Shown piece after piece: positions 24,701-39,700 of a stretch of DNA of 64,000 bases. How positions within the stretch are numbered: the stretch's first letter is position 1; every line of letters starts with the position of its first letter. The position numbers and the translations under genes were made by a program. The stretch covers positions 95,418,001 through 95,482,000 of the forward strand of contig OZ076410.1 in the NCBI GenBank assembly GCA_964187785.1, read 5' to 3'. Under the pieces are notes generated by a model, which saw only the letters and a program-made list of their open reading frames with translations, had not been told where the DNA came from and made no database searches. The stretch comes from Amphiscolops sp. MND2022. Lineage: Eukaryota.

Positions 24701-27700
24701 CCTTTGTTTTCCACCACTTTGAAAAACCTGCTAAATGTGAACAACAATAGGTCAGTCCGTGAACTCAAAATAGTTGAATCGACTTTCATGCATGAACTTT
24801 GATCACGCCACCAACTTGTCACTGAAGCTCCCAAATGCTTGTTTTGTTTTAGATGCTCACAAATGACGTCGAAGAAAAACGCTTATGTTGACACGAAATC
24901 TATCAATCTCCGTCCATCCTTTGCTTCATGTTTTTCAACACGGTCGCGTTACATCATTTTTCCACCTCAACTTTTTTCTCATGTTGTTACCTGTCACTTA
25001 AGGTCACTTGCTCACTATTCAGCACTGTTCACTTCCGTTCAGGTTTTTTCCAACGCCGCTCGAAGTAAAAATATAAACACTCATAAAGCAAAACAATGCC
25101 ACTTTCCAAAAACACATCAAAAAGTTGAACCTTTTCGAACTCTCTTCTTCAAAATAACGTCTTTTCAAACCTTTACACCTTCTCAACTTGACACTAACCA
25201 GAGTTTCATTTAACCCTAACTCCACCTTCTTAACTTGTCTCAAGATCAGAAGTGCATTTTGCCCTAACCTAACGTAAGGAAAGAACAAAACCAAGATATA
25301 GTTACAACTCAATATTATAAAAATAAGATATTGTTGGAACTTTATTTCTTAAAAATACATTAAACCTTCCTCTACTTCCTTGAACTTAATCGCACCTCTA
25401 CATATCTAGTGAAACAACACTCGAACATTTTTGATCCGAACATTTTTGATACATGATTTAAAACTCCTCATTATTTTTCAAAACCCGGTCCGATGACATA
25501 CCTATGATGTAATACTCTCTTAATCATCCCCCGCCCAATGTTTGAATGTCGGGACTTATATGTACGCTCTGCTTTGAAAATTGTTATATACTCATTTGTA
25601 TTCATCATCTATTCTATATGTAAAGCCTTTTTGATTTGTAACCCCAACACAAGAGAAATGAACGTTCTACCAGAACGTTGTCAACTACATCTAGACCTAA
25701 AACTGCAGCTCTGTTAGCGTCGCTTCCAAACACTTGAACAACACTAACTTCTCCTCATAAGATCGTCTCAATCTGAAACATAATACTAAACAACCGACCG
25801 AAATGAGCTTTAAAACAATGAAGATAATCGGCAGTCGTGATTCTTCTCGTTTTGACCAGTGATTTTAAACTTACAGAACTTGGTTTAAATTTTTCTCTAG
25901 ATCACGTAGAATTTCAATGTTACTCACCAGCTCTATCGGGAAAGCATGAATTTCGTCGTAGAAATATCCGTCAATTTCTCGGTAAGTCCTGAATTGTAAC
26001 TGAAAACAGAGAGATTACTAACGTTGGTATTGTTTCTAGACTTATATTTGCAAATATCAGCGTTGACAATCAAATATTGCTATGTAGCAATAACAAACCA
26101 AGTACGGCTCAATTTGGCTCAACAAACCGATATGATATAAATGTAGTGCTTTGAAAAAATGCTCCATTTACTCTCACAAGCGCGTCTTGGTCAGCTGATT
26201 GTAAGTTCGAAAAAGTATCTAGCATTGGAAACACCACTACGTCTATAACAGTCACTATTTTTCAACACAAACTCGAACGCTACGATATTCTGAGCAAGCT
26301 GTATTGGTATCCCCAACTTGACCAGTTGTGTTGTTGATAATATTGAATATTCTAGTATAGATTTCAAACAAAAATTTTTGTACGGCTTATTATTTCAAAA
26401 AGAAATTGCGAAATGTTTTGCAGAATATTTCAAGGAAATCGCGTAAAGCTGTAAGGAGCTAACTTGTATCCGCTTACATATATGTCGAGACTTCGTGACA
26501 AAAACCTGTCTTTATCCAAAAATAGAAAAGTACCCTTCAAAAGTATTCTTCAAAATATTTTTCGAGAAATTTTTCCCCATGAAAAAAACACTGTATTGAC
26601 CTTTGTTACTAAAATCATGAAAGATTCAGTAAAAAAGTAGTGTACAAATTTAATTTAAAAATATTGAGGTCGAAAATAAAAAGAACATTCATCTAAATTC
26701 ATAGCCCCTCCAACATTTTTTACCGTAATCGGGTGTATCTACTTCTGGTTCAAGTTGTTTGAGGAAAAAAGCTCTGGTCTTGTTCTTTATAGTTGTGTAT
26801 GAGTACGATTTAGTTTTCAAGTTTTTCGGCAAGGTATTCCATAGAGGGACGGTTTTCTTTAAAAAGCTATTTCTCAGAAAAGTACTCTCACAGCGCCCAA
26901 AATATACAAGTATATCTGTTCTTTCAAGAAATCTGACCTGAGCGGTTAATGGTTCATTTTCACCAATAAGAGCCGGGATTATTTTATTTTTCCATTTCCA
27001 AAAATAAAGTACCGATTTCATGTTGAGCAAATATCGTACCGGTAAGATTTTATACTGTAATTTCAGATCTGAGGAATGATCGTGTTTAGTGCGAAAAAAA
27101 CATGCCTTAATAGCCCAGTTAAGTTGTTTCTCTAACGTCATTAGATTGTCAGTAATTCCGGTCAAAAGAATAGCCGAATACTGTAGATGACTAACTACCA
27201 ATGCATTTAACAGCATCAATCGTGTTTTTTCAGGAAAAAGATCTCGTATTGAGTATAGACATTTGATACCACAACTCATTTTCAGCAAATTATTTTTTAC
27301 TTCATCTTGAAATGTGAGATTCTGATCAAGGAAAAATCCCAGATATTTGACTGAGTTCGAATGTTCAATTATTTGATCTTTCACGTGCAATTTGTAACTT
27401 TTGACATGAAGACCAAAATAAATTGAGAAATTTGACGCGGTTATTCTTTCTGAAAAAAATCACTATTTTTCCAACAAAATTTCACAAAAAAATGACGAAC
27501 AAACATGTTAAATTACCAATTGCCAAGATTGAAAAAATTGACACAGTTCAGCTCCAAAAAGAAACAACTCGCATAGCTGTATCGCTGTCTGTCTGCTTTT
27601 GTCTACCAGGGAGCAGTTGAAAAATGGCTGTTCGAAATATCACCTTAAAAGGAGTTCATTGTTTGCCAAGGTTATCAATATCACTTAATCCTGTCAGTAG

Positions 27701-30700
27701 TATAAGGAATCCCAATCCTGCCAGTCAGACAGTTAAATGAAGATTATTTTCTAGGAAAATCATCAAAAACCAGCCTTTTTGGTATGGAGAATAGGAATGA
27801 AAGAGAAAGTTTTCATCGGCAAGTTTTTCAATCGAAAAATAACTAACAAATGAAATTTTTATCGTTCAAAGAATTTGTTGATGAACATGAATTAAGAGAT
27901 GAAGCACCTTCTACTGTGACGATTAAAAATCCCTGATGAATTAAATATCCTAGCTGGAAAATACATGAGGTGATGCTTTTACCACTAATAGTGGTATTGT
28001 TACTTTACATCCAACTAAAAAACCCGAGTAATGTTAGCTGATGAGATTTTATTATTCAAATGGCTGAATGTATTTATATGTAATAAATCAAATCAATAGA
28101 GGTAAGTTTTCAGAATATCAATTTCAGAAAATTGATATTCATTGCGCTGGGTCTTGTTTACTTTTTTTATATCTTATACAAATTAGGGGCTTCAAAACGT
28201 TTCTATATTTATATTAACAGACATATTCATGAAGTTTTAACTTTAAATAAGAAGAGAAATCAAGGATTTTTCAGCCTAATTTCAAATCTTGTATCCGAAC
28301 CAACCACAATCACAACCTAATCAAAACTCAACAAATATTAAAAGCAAAAAGTTAACAAAAGATAGACCAGAATTCAAAGATAAAACTGCAGCTAGTGGAA
28401 TTGAAGACTTTCTAAAATTGAACAATTTTCAATAAAATGGACCCATCAAATTTTGTTTTATAATGAAAAAGAATATCTTCATTTCAATATTGCATAATCT
28501 GAATTGGACTTAGTGGAAAATTATTTTTCTATACCACAAAAAACGCCAGAATTTGAAATGAAAAAACAAAAACAATACTTTTTATTCGATGTTCTTCTGC
28601 AATTACCTGAAAAAAGGATGATGGGAGTTACAACTTTAGAAGTATATAATACCGTTCGTAAACTCCCACCCACAACAAACCTAAAATTCTTTTAACAGAC
28701 CAAAACGTTAAAAAAACTTGTAAATGACACGTAATTAGCTGTGAATGTTGAGTCTTTTTTTATAACCTAAAACTTAGAAAATGTTATGAAGTACAATCAT
28801 ATTGTAGAAAAGAATTGTGAATTTATTCTTCAGAGCTCTTCAAAAAAACGGAAACTTACAATGAATGATTTTGACGAATTAAAAAAGATACTTGAAGCGC
28901 TCAATCAACAACCAAAATAAGAACGAGCAACAGAAAAAATATAAAAAAACATTCAAAAATTTGAAAGTGAAAAAGATTTTTTGAATTAGAGTTAATACCA
29001 TGAGTATTTAAAATGGTTGATATGAATAGAACAAAAATCAAAACTTATTGATTCTATTTTTGAATTTGAAATAGAAGCAGATAAAATTTTATTGAAATCA
29101 GTTTGAACAACCTCAAACCCCATTCATTTTTATTTCAGAATGTAACAAATTCCTTGGATTCGTGATCACACATTACTCAGAGGGAACTGAGAGGCAAGAA
29201 AAACCCATTATGATTTTAGCAAAAGACAAAGTTAATGTTAAGAGTGATTGTGTAGAAGGCTCAATTGGTAATGGGATCGGAGAACAAAAACTTTTTTCTT
29301 TCAACTTCAATGCTCCTCCAGGAAATAAAATTAGAAACGTGCCAACCATTGTTTTGTACAAAAAGATGAACAAAATAAGATAAGACCAGATCTTATTTTG
29401 CCTTGACGACTCTAAACATAACCCAGTTCATTTCAACAATGAATGTGTAAAATTCAAAATTCAAATCATCAAGATGTAATCTACATAAATGCCGAGCTTC
29501 AGTGAATTTCAAAATAATTGTTACTGTGTTGGTGGCGAACACTATTCTGCTACGAATAATGCAAAAAGAGATTTTACTCAAAATGGAAAAAACAACAAGA
29601 GCATGTGCTAATTAATAGGAGGCACTTCAGTAACGTGCAAAAGATATAAAAAAGGTCACCGTATGGCATCAGAACAAACTATTCAAGCAAGCAGAAGGAT
29701 TGTTTGATTTTTTAAACATTCAGGAAAAAGCTGCAAAGAATGTTGGAAAGAAAATACTCAACAATTCTGGAAGAGCTTTAGAAAGTGCAGCAAATACTGG
29801 AACTGCAGCAGCAATTGAAAGTGCAAAAGTTATTGCTGCAAAAGCTCCTGATATTAAAGAGTTTATTAATCAAGAGAAACGTTTTTATTTAGGTAAAATT
29901 CAATAGGTTTAATTGTAAAACTTATTATTTTCTCTTCAAAACAAATTCAGTTAACATATTCAGGATTTTGAAAGTTTTTATTGAAAGTGAAAATTTTAAT
30001 TTATAAATGTACTCATTTCTTTTCAAAGGTTAAAAGTGAAACTTGGGAAGTAGGATTTTCATTTTGATAGGGAAAAAGTTTTTGAACCCGTTACTGAAGA
30101 CGAGAAAACAAGAAACAAAACCCAATAAAACGAAAAAACAATCGCTACATGATTCCTCTCAAATAACAATACCAATACACGCAAAAGAAAATCAGACTAA
30201 AGCAACACAAGAGTCTAGTAACGCTTTGAACAAAGTCTTACAAAAATCTTTTGAAAAAGGAATAAAAGAACATGATAAATTACCACCCTCAAAAATCAAC
30301 ATCTTAGCAATCTTAACTAAGTAGACCTCTATCGTTAAAACAATCTCCAATTTCCCTAATGACAAAAACGAAAGTCATTTCAGTTTAAAACATGTTGAAA
30401 GCAGATCAAACTTTTTGAATTAACAAAACTACTTCTCAAATTTTCAACTAGTACTATTCAGAGGTTCAACTTTAACCTACGCAATCAATGGCAACACATA
30501 CATTTTGAATGATCCGGATCTTTCATAATTTGTAACTAATACACAATTTGATAAAGGAATATAACGTGAGTGTAGTTTAAACTTTTTTATATGACTTGCA
30601 GTATAAGATCATCATTCCAGGAGAAAATTGGACTGGTAAAATTTCAATAAAAATTTGTATAAATCCGTTTATAAGTATCATCAACCATATCAAGATTGAA

Positions 30701-33700
30701 GTGGGTTAGATGTTCCATCTGATCCAGATTAGCGTATACATCAGTTTAACTTGCTTTACTGAGAAAAAATAGTAGGAAATGTTTGTTAATCCCCAGCTCA
30801 AGGAACAAAGCACAGCAATTGTTGATAAACTGTTAAAAAATGAATGTATTACAAGAAATCAATACAAAAAGATTGTTCCAGCTTTAAATTTGAGTTTATT
30901 CAAATTCGCAATTTGTCTTCAAATAATGGAAAACCAATGCAAATAAATCGATGGAAAAATAATGAAAAGAAATTCAAAAAATGAGAAACGGAAATGTTCA
31001 AACTAAATCAAGCATAATCAATCAAATGAATTGAATAATCAGTGGAAAATTCAATGCAATGATATAAAAACAAAATTCGAGAATTGAGAAAAGAAAATTC
31101 CCAATTTAAATCGAAGTTAAAGAGTTTACCAATTTCTATTTGGAACTGTTTCGAACAACTGGGGTTGAAACTAGGCAAAGATATAAAGATAATATAAAGA
31201 TTATTATTTATTGGAACAACTAGATTCTAGATTCATTTCATTTTTTTCACTTTTTTACTTACTTCTATTTTTTTCTTCTAGCCTGTTTTTTGTTGGTTAG
31301 TAATGTTTTTCTTTCCATGACACCCGGCACAAACTTTTGAACTCTTCATAAGACACATCGAAACCTGCAATGTCCCTCTATTCATGTTCTCCATCTTCAA
31401 TAATTCAATGTTTGTTTCAACAAAATTGTAATCTTACTGTTGTTTGTATTTGTTGTTTTCGGTAAATTGAATAACGACTGTGAAAAATAAGTAACATCTA
31501 AATCATGATGTCAATATCACTTCATCCTGCGAGTATAAGGAATCCCAGACAGTTAAAATAGGCATATTTCTAGGCAAATCGTCAAAAATCAGCTTTTTTG
31601 GTATGGAAGATAGGCATGAAAGGGAAAATTTTCTTTGGCAAGTTTTTCAATGAAAAAAAAACAAATAAATGAACTTTTTCTCGTTCAAAGAATTTGTTGA
31701 TGAACATGAATTAAAAGATGAAGCACCTTCTATTGTGACGATAAAAAAATCCCTAATGAATTAAATATCCTAACTGGAAAATACATGAGGTGATGCTTTC
31801 ACAACTAAAAGTGGTATTGTTATTTTACAATCAACTAAAAGAACACGCTGAGTATTGTTTGCTGATGAGTTCTATTGATTCTAATGGCTGAATGTATTTA
31901 TATGTAAAAATCAAATCAATAGAGGTAGTTTTTTTTAGATTATCAATTTCAGAAAATTGATATTCATTGCGCTGGCTATTGTATACTTTTTTATATTTTA
32001 TACAAATTATGGGCTTTAAAGTTTTTCGATCTCTAAATTAACAGACATATTTATGAAGTTTTAACTTTAATTAAGAAGACACGTCAAAGATTTTTCAGCC
32101 TAATTTCAAATCTTGTATCCGAACCAACCACAACCACAACCTAATCAAAACCCAACAAAAATTAAATGCAAAACGTTAACAAAAGACAGACAAAAATTCA
32201 GAGATAAAATTGCAGCTAGTGGAATTGAAGACGTTCTAAAAATAACTGATCATTTTTCAAAAAACTGGAGCTATCAAATTTTGACTCATGATAGAAAAGA
32301 ATTTCTTCTTTTCCATATTGCAAAATCTAAATTCAAAATTCTTTTTCTATACCACAAAAACTCCAGAATTTGAAATGAAAAAACAAAAACAATAGTTTTT
32401 ATTCGATTTTCCTCTGCAATTACTTGAAAAATGTATGATGGGAAATACAACCTTTGAAGTATATAATACCGTTGATAAACTCCCACCCACAACAAACCTA
32501 AAATTCTTTTAACAGACCAAAACGTTAAAAAAACTTTTAAATGACACATAATTAGCTCTGAATGTTGAGTTTTTTTAAACCTAAAATCTAGAAAATAATA
32601 AGAAGTACAATCATATTGTAGAAATGAATTGTGAATTTATTCTTAAGAGCTATCAAAAAAGGGAAACTTACATTGAATCATTTTGACGAACTGAAGAAGA
32701 TAACTGAAGCGCTCAATCAACAACCAAAATAATCACGACCAACAGATAAATTATTGAATACATTCAAAATTTTGAAAGTAAAAAAGATTTCTTTGAATTT
32801 GAGTCAACACCAGGAGTATATAAAATAGTTGATATGATCACAACTTTAATTTGCTTGTCTGTTTGGTCCTTTTATTTGTCCTCTTATTTCCTCTCATTGT
32901 GGAATACAAAATTAAAGTTAATACGGTTAATTGAAACCGCCTATTCAATCAATCTTAGTGAATATCCGTCGGTACGACGTCAGTGTTTTACAAATCAACT
33001 ACCAACATTTGAACTTCTAGCAACCCTTTAACAAACAACGTGAATATTGCGCAACAAACTTTTATTAGCAAACGAAAGGAACTTTGTTCGGGTGAGATTA
33101 TAAACCGTCTATTCAGTAATTGATGCAAGACATTACTGCAAGACGATTACAGGCTAGTCATCAATTAGGTGTCGACATACCACCCTTGGTCAGGTCACAC
33201 AAAATCATTGCATTTCCATTGGAAGTTAAGTACAAACGTACAAACACACGAAAATACACTTACAGTATGAAAATACAGTTGGTCATGATCATAAACTGTG
33301 ACATTTTATTCATGCCACTTGAGAAATCAATCAAAGTTTTTTAGACTTCCTAGTTTATTTCATTTTGTTCGACGACGGACAGTCGTTAGACGTGAAAGTG
33401 ACTTGGTTTTACCAAAGTTTGACCTTGCTGCGACGTACGAGGTATTGGATCACTGCCATATTTTGGAACAAATAACCCGGTAGCCTAGCGAAAGACGTTT
33501 TTTACTCGATTTTCCATTATACGAATTACAATTCAACCAAGTTTAATACCGCTTCTGCTACTTGCTAATAAATTCACGACGTAGCATTGACCAAAACTTA
33601 GCTAGCTGCTGTAGCTCTGACGTAGTATTGACAAAGATTTTTGGAATGAAATCTAGTTTGCTGTCATTACTGTGACGTCACATCTGTAGCAAATATTAAC

Positions 33701-36700
33701 AGCCACGGCCATATTTGTTTGTTCAACGACTTGTATTCACCTCATTTCAATTTAATTGTCTTTCAAAGAGCAATTAGGCTGCCCTCTTTTAGAAAGGCGT
33801 ATTTTCCTTAGTCTGTTGTTTCATTGTAACTTCGGTTGCAGATTATGATTGATGTCCTTACTTTGGAGTAATTTTGTATGCAGTTTTTGTTTAGATTAGC
33901 CCATGATCTTTAATTCAAGACGTGTAATAATTCAGTTTTCAGGTGCAAAATGCTTTTCTTTTGGCGTAGCATAAACGTCTCAGCGGAAATACGTGAAATC
34001 ATTTTAGTTCACTCAGTTTCCAGTATTCAATTTCAATTGTGGTTCGTGCAAAGTGGACGTTTGTTTCTTGTTTTAGTCACAGTTTATTTTGAAACAGTAA
34101 GTGAAGTTTGAGTTCAATAACCAAAATACCTCTCAACAGTTTTGTTCTTTGTCATGTCTTCTGCAATACCCATTTATATTGCACCTGCATTCCAATCCGG
34201 GAGCGGACTATGACAGGGCCACTGTCATGGGACGTAAAGCGCTCCCGAGTTGACGAAGTTGGAAAGAGTGATACGGGATGAAGTCGTAGTTATTCCTTGA
34301 TTCCTCTGTGCTATTCTCACAGTTCTTTTCATCTTCAGATCATTTAGTGGGCTTGCCTGTCGTAAATTTATATTCTTTAGAGGGCCCGGAGAGTTGACGA
34401 AGTAAAAGTCCGCGTCTTCATTTGCGACTTTCTCCAAATAGTTTGTTATAATTACACTGCTCACCGATTGAGGGCTCGGAGGTTTGTGGTTGTCGACTAT
34501 AAAATTCCTGAGTTGGTGATAAAAATTATGTCACTTTCTTCTGGATGTTCATCAGGACTCTCCGGACTCTCGACAATATCTTTATTTTCGGAAACTTTGG
34601 AAGAACTTGGATGTTCACCCGACTCTACGTGTCGAAACTGTTGCTCAGCCTGAGTCGTTTAGAGTCCCTTTCGAGGGATTCTAGGGATGAATTGAAGTTT
34701 TCGTCGTGGTCAGCGATTGCCTCAACAGATGAGTGAGATCTTTCGAGAAATATTCTGTAGTTTTGGACTGCATTCCGGGGAAGCGGCGTTGAAGCTCTTT
34801 CAGGCATTTCGTCATTTTCGCTTTCCGACTAGACGTCTATTAGTTCATAGATATCCTTGAGGCTGATGATTCTCTATTATAAATTATTGTCAATGACTGA
34901 GAGTTTCTTCTGCTGCTGTTTTTGACAATGATCGTTCCACAATGAATTCAGGATTATCAGGGAATAAGAAATTACTGGGAAAGATCCCTTCATTTTGATT
35001 GGCTAAAAATCTTCCTAATCCCTTCTTCAATTCCAGGTGTTAACGCTATGTCAACGTCGCGTTTTTATTGGCTGTGAATTAAATAGTCCACTTGACCAAG
35101 TGTGTCAACGTTTTGCTGACGTCAATTTCGTCAGCATTTTGCTATTTTTATTTGCCATCGTTTTGATGACGTCAGTTTTGTTGTGAACTGCTGACTTGAT
35201 TTGTCCCGTTTTGATGACGTCAATTGCTGTTAGCAACTCGCTATTTTTTCATGCGTTGTAGGGTTAATTTAGCCCTACAACACTTTTCAACATTTTGCAG
35301 ACATAATTGTTAGTTGTTTCAACTCCGTTTTGTTTTCAGATTTGCTGATGTTTGCGATGTTTGCTCCCCGTGGCTTCACTGACTCGGGACTAGTGAGTGA
35401 CAATGAGACCCAGTTTGTGTTTTCTGAAGAAAACTTGCGTCACAGCGACGCTGATGAAGTTCGTCGGTCAGCAGTTGGTGAGTTCACTATTCCCTTATCC
35501 ATTAGGCTTTTGTGGACAACACTTTGTTCGAGTAGGCCTTTTCCGTATTCGTATTTCCACAGCTTAGATTATCTTGACGCTTCGATGTTGGGAGTATTTG
35601 ATTTAGGTTGACCTCATTCTGATGTTGCCCCTTCATCTGATGTTCCAGTTACCACTGGTCCAATTTGTGCTACTGTCGTGGCCGTTCCGCCAGTCTCTTC
35701 CGGCGATGACGCTCCTTCGTCGTGTCGTGGGGACCTTGATGTTCCTCTTTCCAATCTGATAGCTGAATCTTCCAAGCCAATTTTTGCTGCCGAAGAGCCT
35801 GTTGCTGTTTCATTAGATCACGGTGTTGTTCCGACTCGCACTGCCGTTGTTTCATTTGAAGATGCCAAGGGTAAAGTCCTTCCTACTTCTCGTGTAGACG
35901 ATACTCTTTTTCTCCTCGAAAAAGGAAAGACACACTCTTTTGAGTGAGGAGGGTTTTGTTGTGGAGGTGTCTGCTACAACTGACAAGACAGAACTTTTGC
36001 CACATATTGAGACGATTTTTGATGTTGCCAGTGAAAGGTCTGTGCCCAAACGCGGTTTGTTGCGATAGAGTCTGTTAGATTGGCTACTCTGATGTTGATC
36101 CTTTTGTTATGAGCTGTTGCTAGCGCTGGGGCGACGATTATAGGGGCTGTTTAGTCGAATTGTGTCAATGGTTGTACCGCACCAGTGACATCGTTTGTGT
36201 TGGTGGTACTTACTACTGCATTCACTGTGGTGGTTGGTTGCGGTGGCAGTGTTTGGTGCCCTTCTGTGAGTTTTTGGAGCGGTTTTGGGATGCATTTTTT
36301 CTATTCATCCGTCATTGCCAACGTCATCTCGACGTGGGGAAAATGATGGTGCCATTTGCTGTATCATTGACTGCCTGGTGGTTCCTCATGAAATTTAGTC
36401 CAATTATGGGGAAAGACGTTTTCGAGAGTATGACGAATGTGTCTCTCAAAGTGTAGGTGCCAATGTTGAATTGTATGTCGGCTGTGGCTATAGGTTGTTC
36501 AAATTGGGCGTTTGCGCAATCGATTTTGGAGGGTGGTTGGGGGTACTCCTTAATGACGCAACTGTCGCTGTTCATCTTGATTATATTGTAGTCAGACCAG
36601 GACATTGCGTTAATAAACGCTCCTGAATCAACAAGTTCATCCATGGTTGTTTCGCAGAATTCGATTGGTAAGTATAGCATTCTCCTTCGATTTTTGATTG

Positions 36701-39700
36701 GTATCATCGAGTGTAGGGGTATGCATACATCTCCATCCTTTTCGGTTACATATTCTTTAATGGAGTTTAATTTATGCGGAGAAACCATCCGAGAAAGTAG
36801 ATTTCTTGTCGGTGCCGTCGGTATCTTCTGTGGGTGGTTGTGACGTAGTTTGATTGTTGAGGACGATTTCGGTTTGATCTGCAGTGGAAACAACGGATTG
36901 GTCTTTGAAGGTAAGGGAGAATTTTTCATACAGATCTGGCCTATCCCAGGGGTCGCATCTGTAGTCTGTTTCGAAGCCGTAGATTCTTTCTTGATTCGAT
37001 TCTGGGAGTGGTCTTTTTGTCGTCATGTATTGGTTGTTAGATTATTTGACCCCTTCAGGGTATTCTTATTGTTGCTCGTTTTTGGTGTTGTGCCTTTTGA
37101 TTGTTGCGATTCTTGGTGTCTTAGCCAGTCCTCTATCGTGGTTCCATTGCAGTTCATTGTTGCATTGTTGGTGTATTCGGTTGGGGTCTTCTATTGAATA
37201 CGCCCTCTCGTCCACTGTTTCCTCGAAGCGTAGGCGCGGTGTAGTTAGTTTTTTTTTAAAGTTCTTCGACATGTTTGTTTGTCGTAGTTGGGACAGGGTG
37301 TTCCGTTTTTCGGTTTTGTGGATTAGGACGCTTGGGTCGCGAATCGTTGGCAGCGTTGGCTCCATTCCAGCAATCTTCCGTTTTATAAGGTTTGCCGCAA
37401 GTGTCGCGTTTGAGCAAATTGCCCACGCCAGCAATAATTTGACCGTTGTTTTTCCGTGTTTGCTGCCATTTGTCGCGCTTCATTTTCCGGCAACCAGCTT
37501 TAAAATGGTCAATTTTATTGCAATAGATGTAATAACCATTTTTGGTGTTTTGGGTTCTGCTTGTTTTGTTTCGACTTGGGCCTGAGGTGCCTCAATGTTG
37601 ATCAGGGGGATGAGTGTTACCTCGTCAGGTGCTCCAAGGCCGCTGAGCCTCGTTTTCCTTTCCAGGTGAAGTACTATATCGTTGTACGGTTTGTCTTCAA
37701 AGTACGCACTATTTTTGTCACATGGTCAGACATTTTGGCATATACGGCCTTATCAATGACCTGTTGGGTTTTTGCTCAAAATGCTTCTTTGGCTGTTTTT
37801 TCGAGTACGTCTAAGAATTCATGCAGTTTTTCTGTAGAAGGACCAAGTTTAAGTGCATCCCATTCGCATCTTACTTTTGTCATCGACAAGTATTCGACGA
37901 ATTGACGTTTGAATATCGTCATTATTTCGGCGAGTGAGTCTTTTTCGGAGCTTTAGATGGTGCAAAACGCTTGTAAGATCTCTCCACGGATTAGAGAGTG
38001 GAATTAATTGACTGTTTGAAATTTCTTGAGGTGCGGGTACATTTTGACATTGCTACGGAAAAGACCCTCGAATAGTTCGATTTTTTCTGATTTCCTGTCG
38101 CAGGTTGGGAGTGACCGTGTCAGAGCTTTTGGCATAGGCATCGTAGTGCTATCACTTGTGTCTGATGCAAAAAGTGTCCTAGCCACTACGGGACGTTCTT
38201 TAGACGCTGGCTGGCTCTGAGACACTGGCAGGCTCGTGTTTTTTTGCTCCTTTTGGTTGGTTTTTGGAGTCGTTTAGAACTCCTGTCACCATGTTACGAC
38301 TTACGTTCGCATCGTCATTTAGGATGGAACTGATCATAACTGATCTCGCTGATGTATAAAATTCTCTAGGTTCATTTTCTAGAGCGTTTCCTTCTCGCTC
38401 TTTTACCGTTTCGTTCGGTTTGGTTTTCAGTATTGCAGATTCAAAATCACCCTCTGGAATTCCGCAAAGATACTTCTTATTTGTGAGGTGATTTCTTTCA
38501 AAGAGGTCCTAAATGAACAAATAATCTTTTGCTGTGTTTTCGGGAAAAAAATCATTTTGATCCTCCAATTTCGTCGACATTTCGTCAATTTTCAAGACAC
38601 GTAGATCTTGGTCTAGTATTACTGAAACCGGAAAAGCTTCCCTGTTTTACTGCTATGGTTCGCGGGAACTTTGACGCGGAGGTAACGCTGACGTGAACAA
38701 GTGAGACTTGATTTTGAATTTAAACTTGATGAAAATTATGACTAATCCGCAAGAAACGTCCTGAATGATGCAAAGAGAAGATAACCTATCAGTGCAATAA
38801 ACAATTCAGGTTAATACAGTTTTTTGAATCCGCTCTTTTATACAAACTCATTGAATATCTGTTTACGACGTCATTATTTTACAAATCATCTACCATTATT
38901 AAATTATGGCAACGCTTTAACAAACAACGTAAATATTGTGCAACATACTTTCAGTTGCAACGAAATGACCAAAATTTAGCTAGCTGCGTAGCTGTGACGT
39001 AGTATTGACCAAGATGTTTGGAATGAAATCTCGTTTGCTGCCATTACAGTGACGTAATGCTGACGTCACATCTGTAGCAAATATTAACTGCCGCGGCCAA
39101 ATTTGTTTGTTCAACGACATCTATTCGTCTCATTTCGATTTAATTGCCTTTCAAAGAGCAATTAAGCTGCCTTTTTTGGAAAGGCGTAATTCTTTTAGTG
39201 TGTTGCTTCAATGTAAATTCTGTTTCGGATTTTGATTGATGTCCTCACTTAGGAGTAATTTTGTATGGAGTTTTCGTTTAGATTAGCCCATGAACTTTAC
39301 TTCAAGACGTGTAATAATTCAGTTTGCAGGTGGAGAATGGCTCTGGAAGGCACCTATCCACATGACTCGTAAAACTTTTTCAACATTTTTTTCTCAGATC
39401 AATAGGCTAGAAACAAGATGGACAAAAAGTTAGAAACCACTCTGAAAGAAATCAGAACTAACAAAAACGTATCAACGTTCACAAACCATAGGCATGAAAC
39501 ATTAGGAAACCAAAATACTCAATCCTCGGGATCCAAAATAGATAGGTTTTTGGTAGTTCGCGCATGAAATACTGAAAATTCCGTCTCAGAAAACGAGGAC
39601 TATCCACTTATACCCTCCGAGATGAAGTATTTGAGACAACATGCTAAGACTTAATACGAAAATAAATTAGATCTAGACCCGACAACCAAGTCAAAAAAAG

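Noticed and set aside
33015-39340. 33015-33950 and 38905-39340 as the LTR pair of element B
   Set aside because: The true LTR/PBS junction at 38292 has no counterpart in the left copy, and each repeat is followed by its own plus-strand gag-like start.
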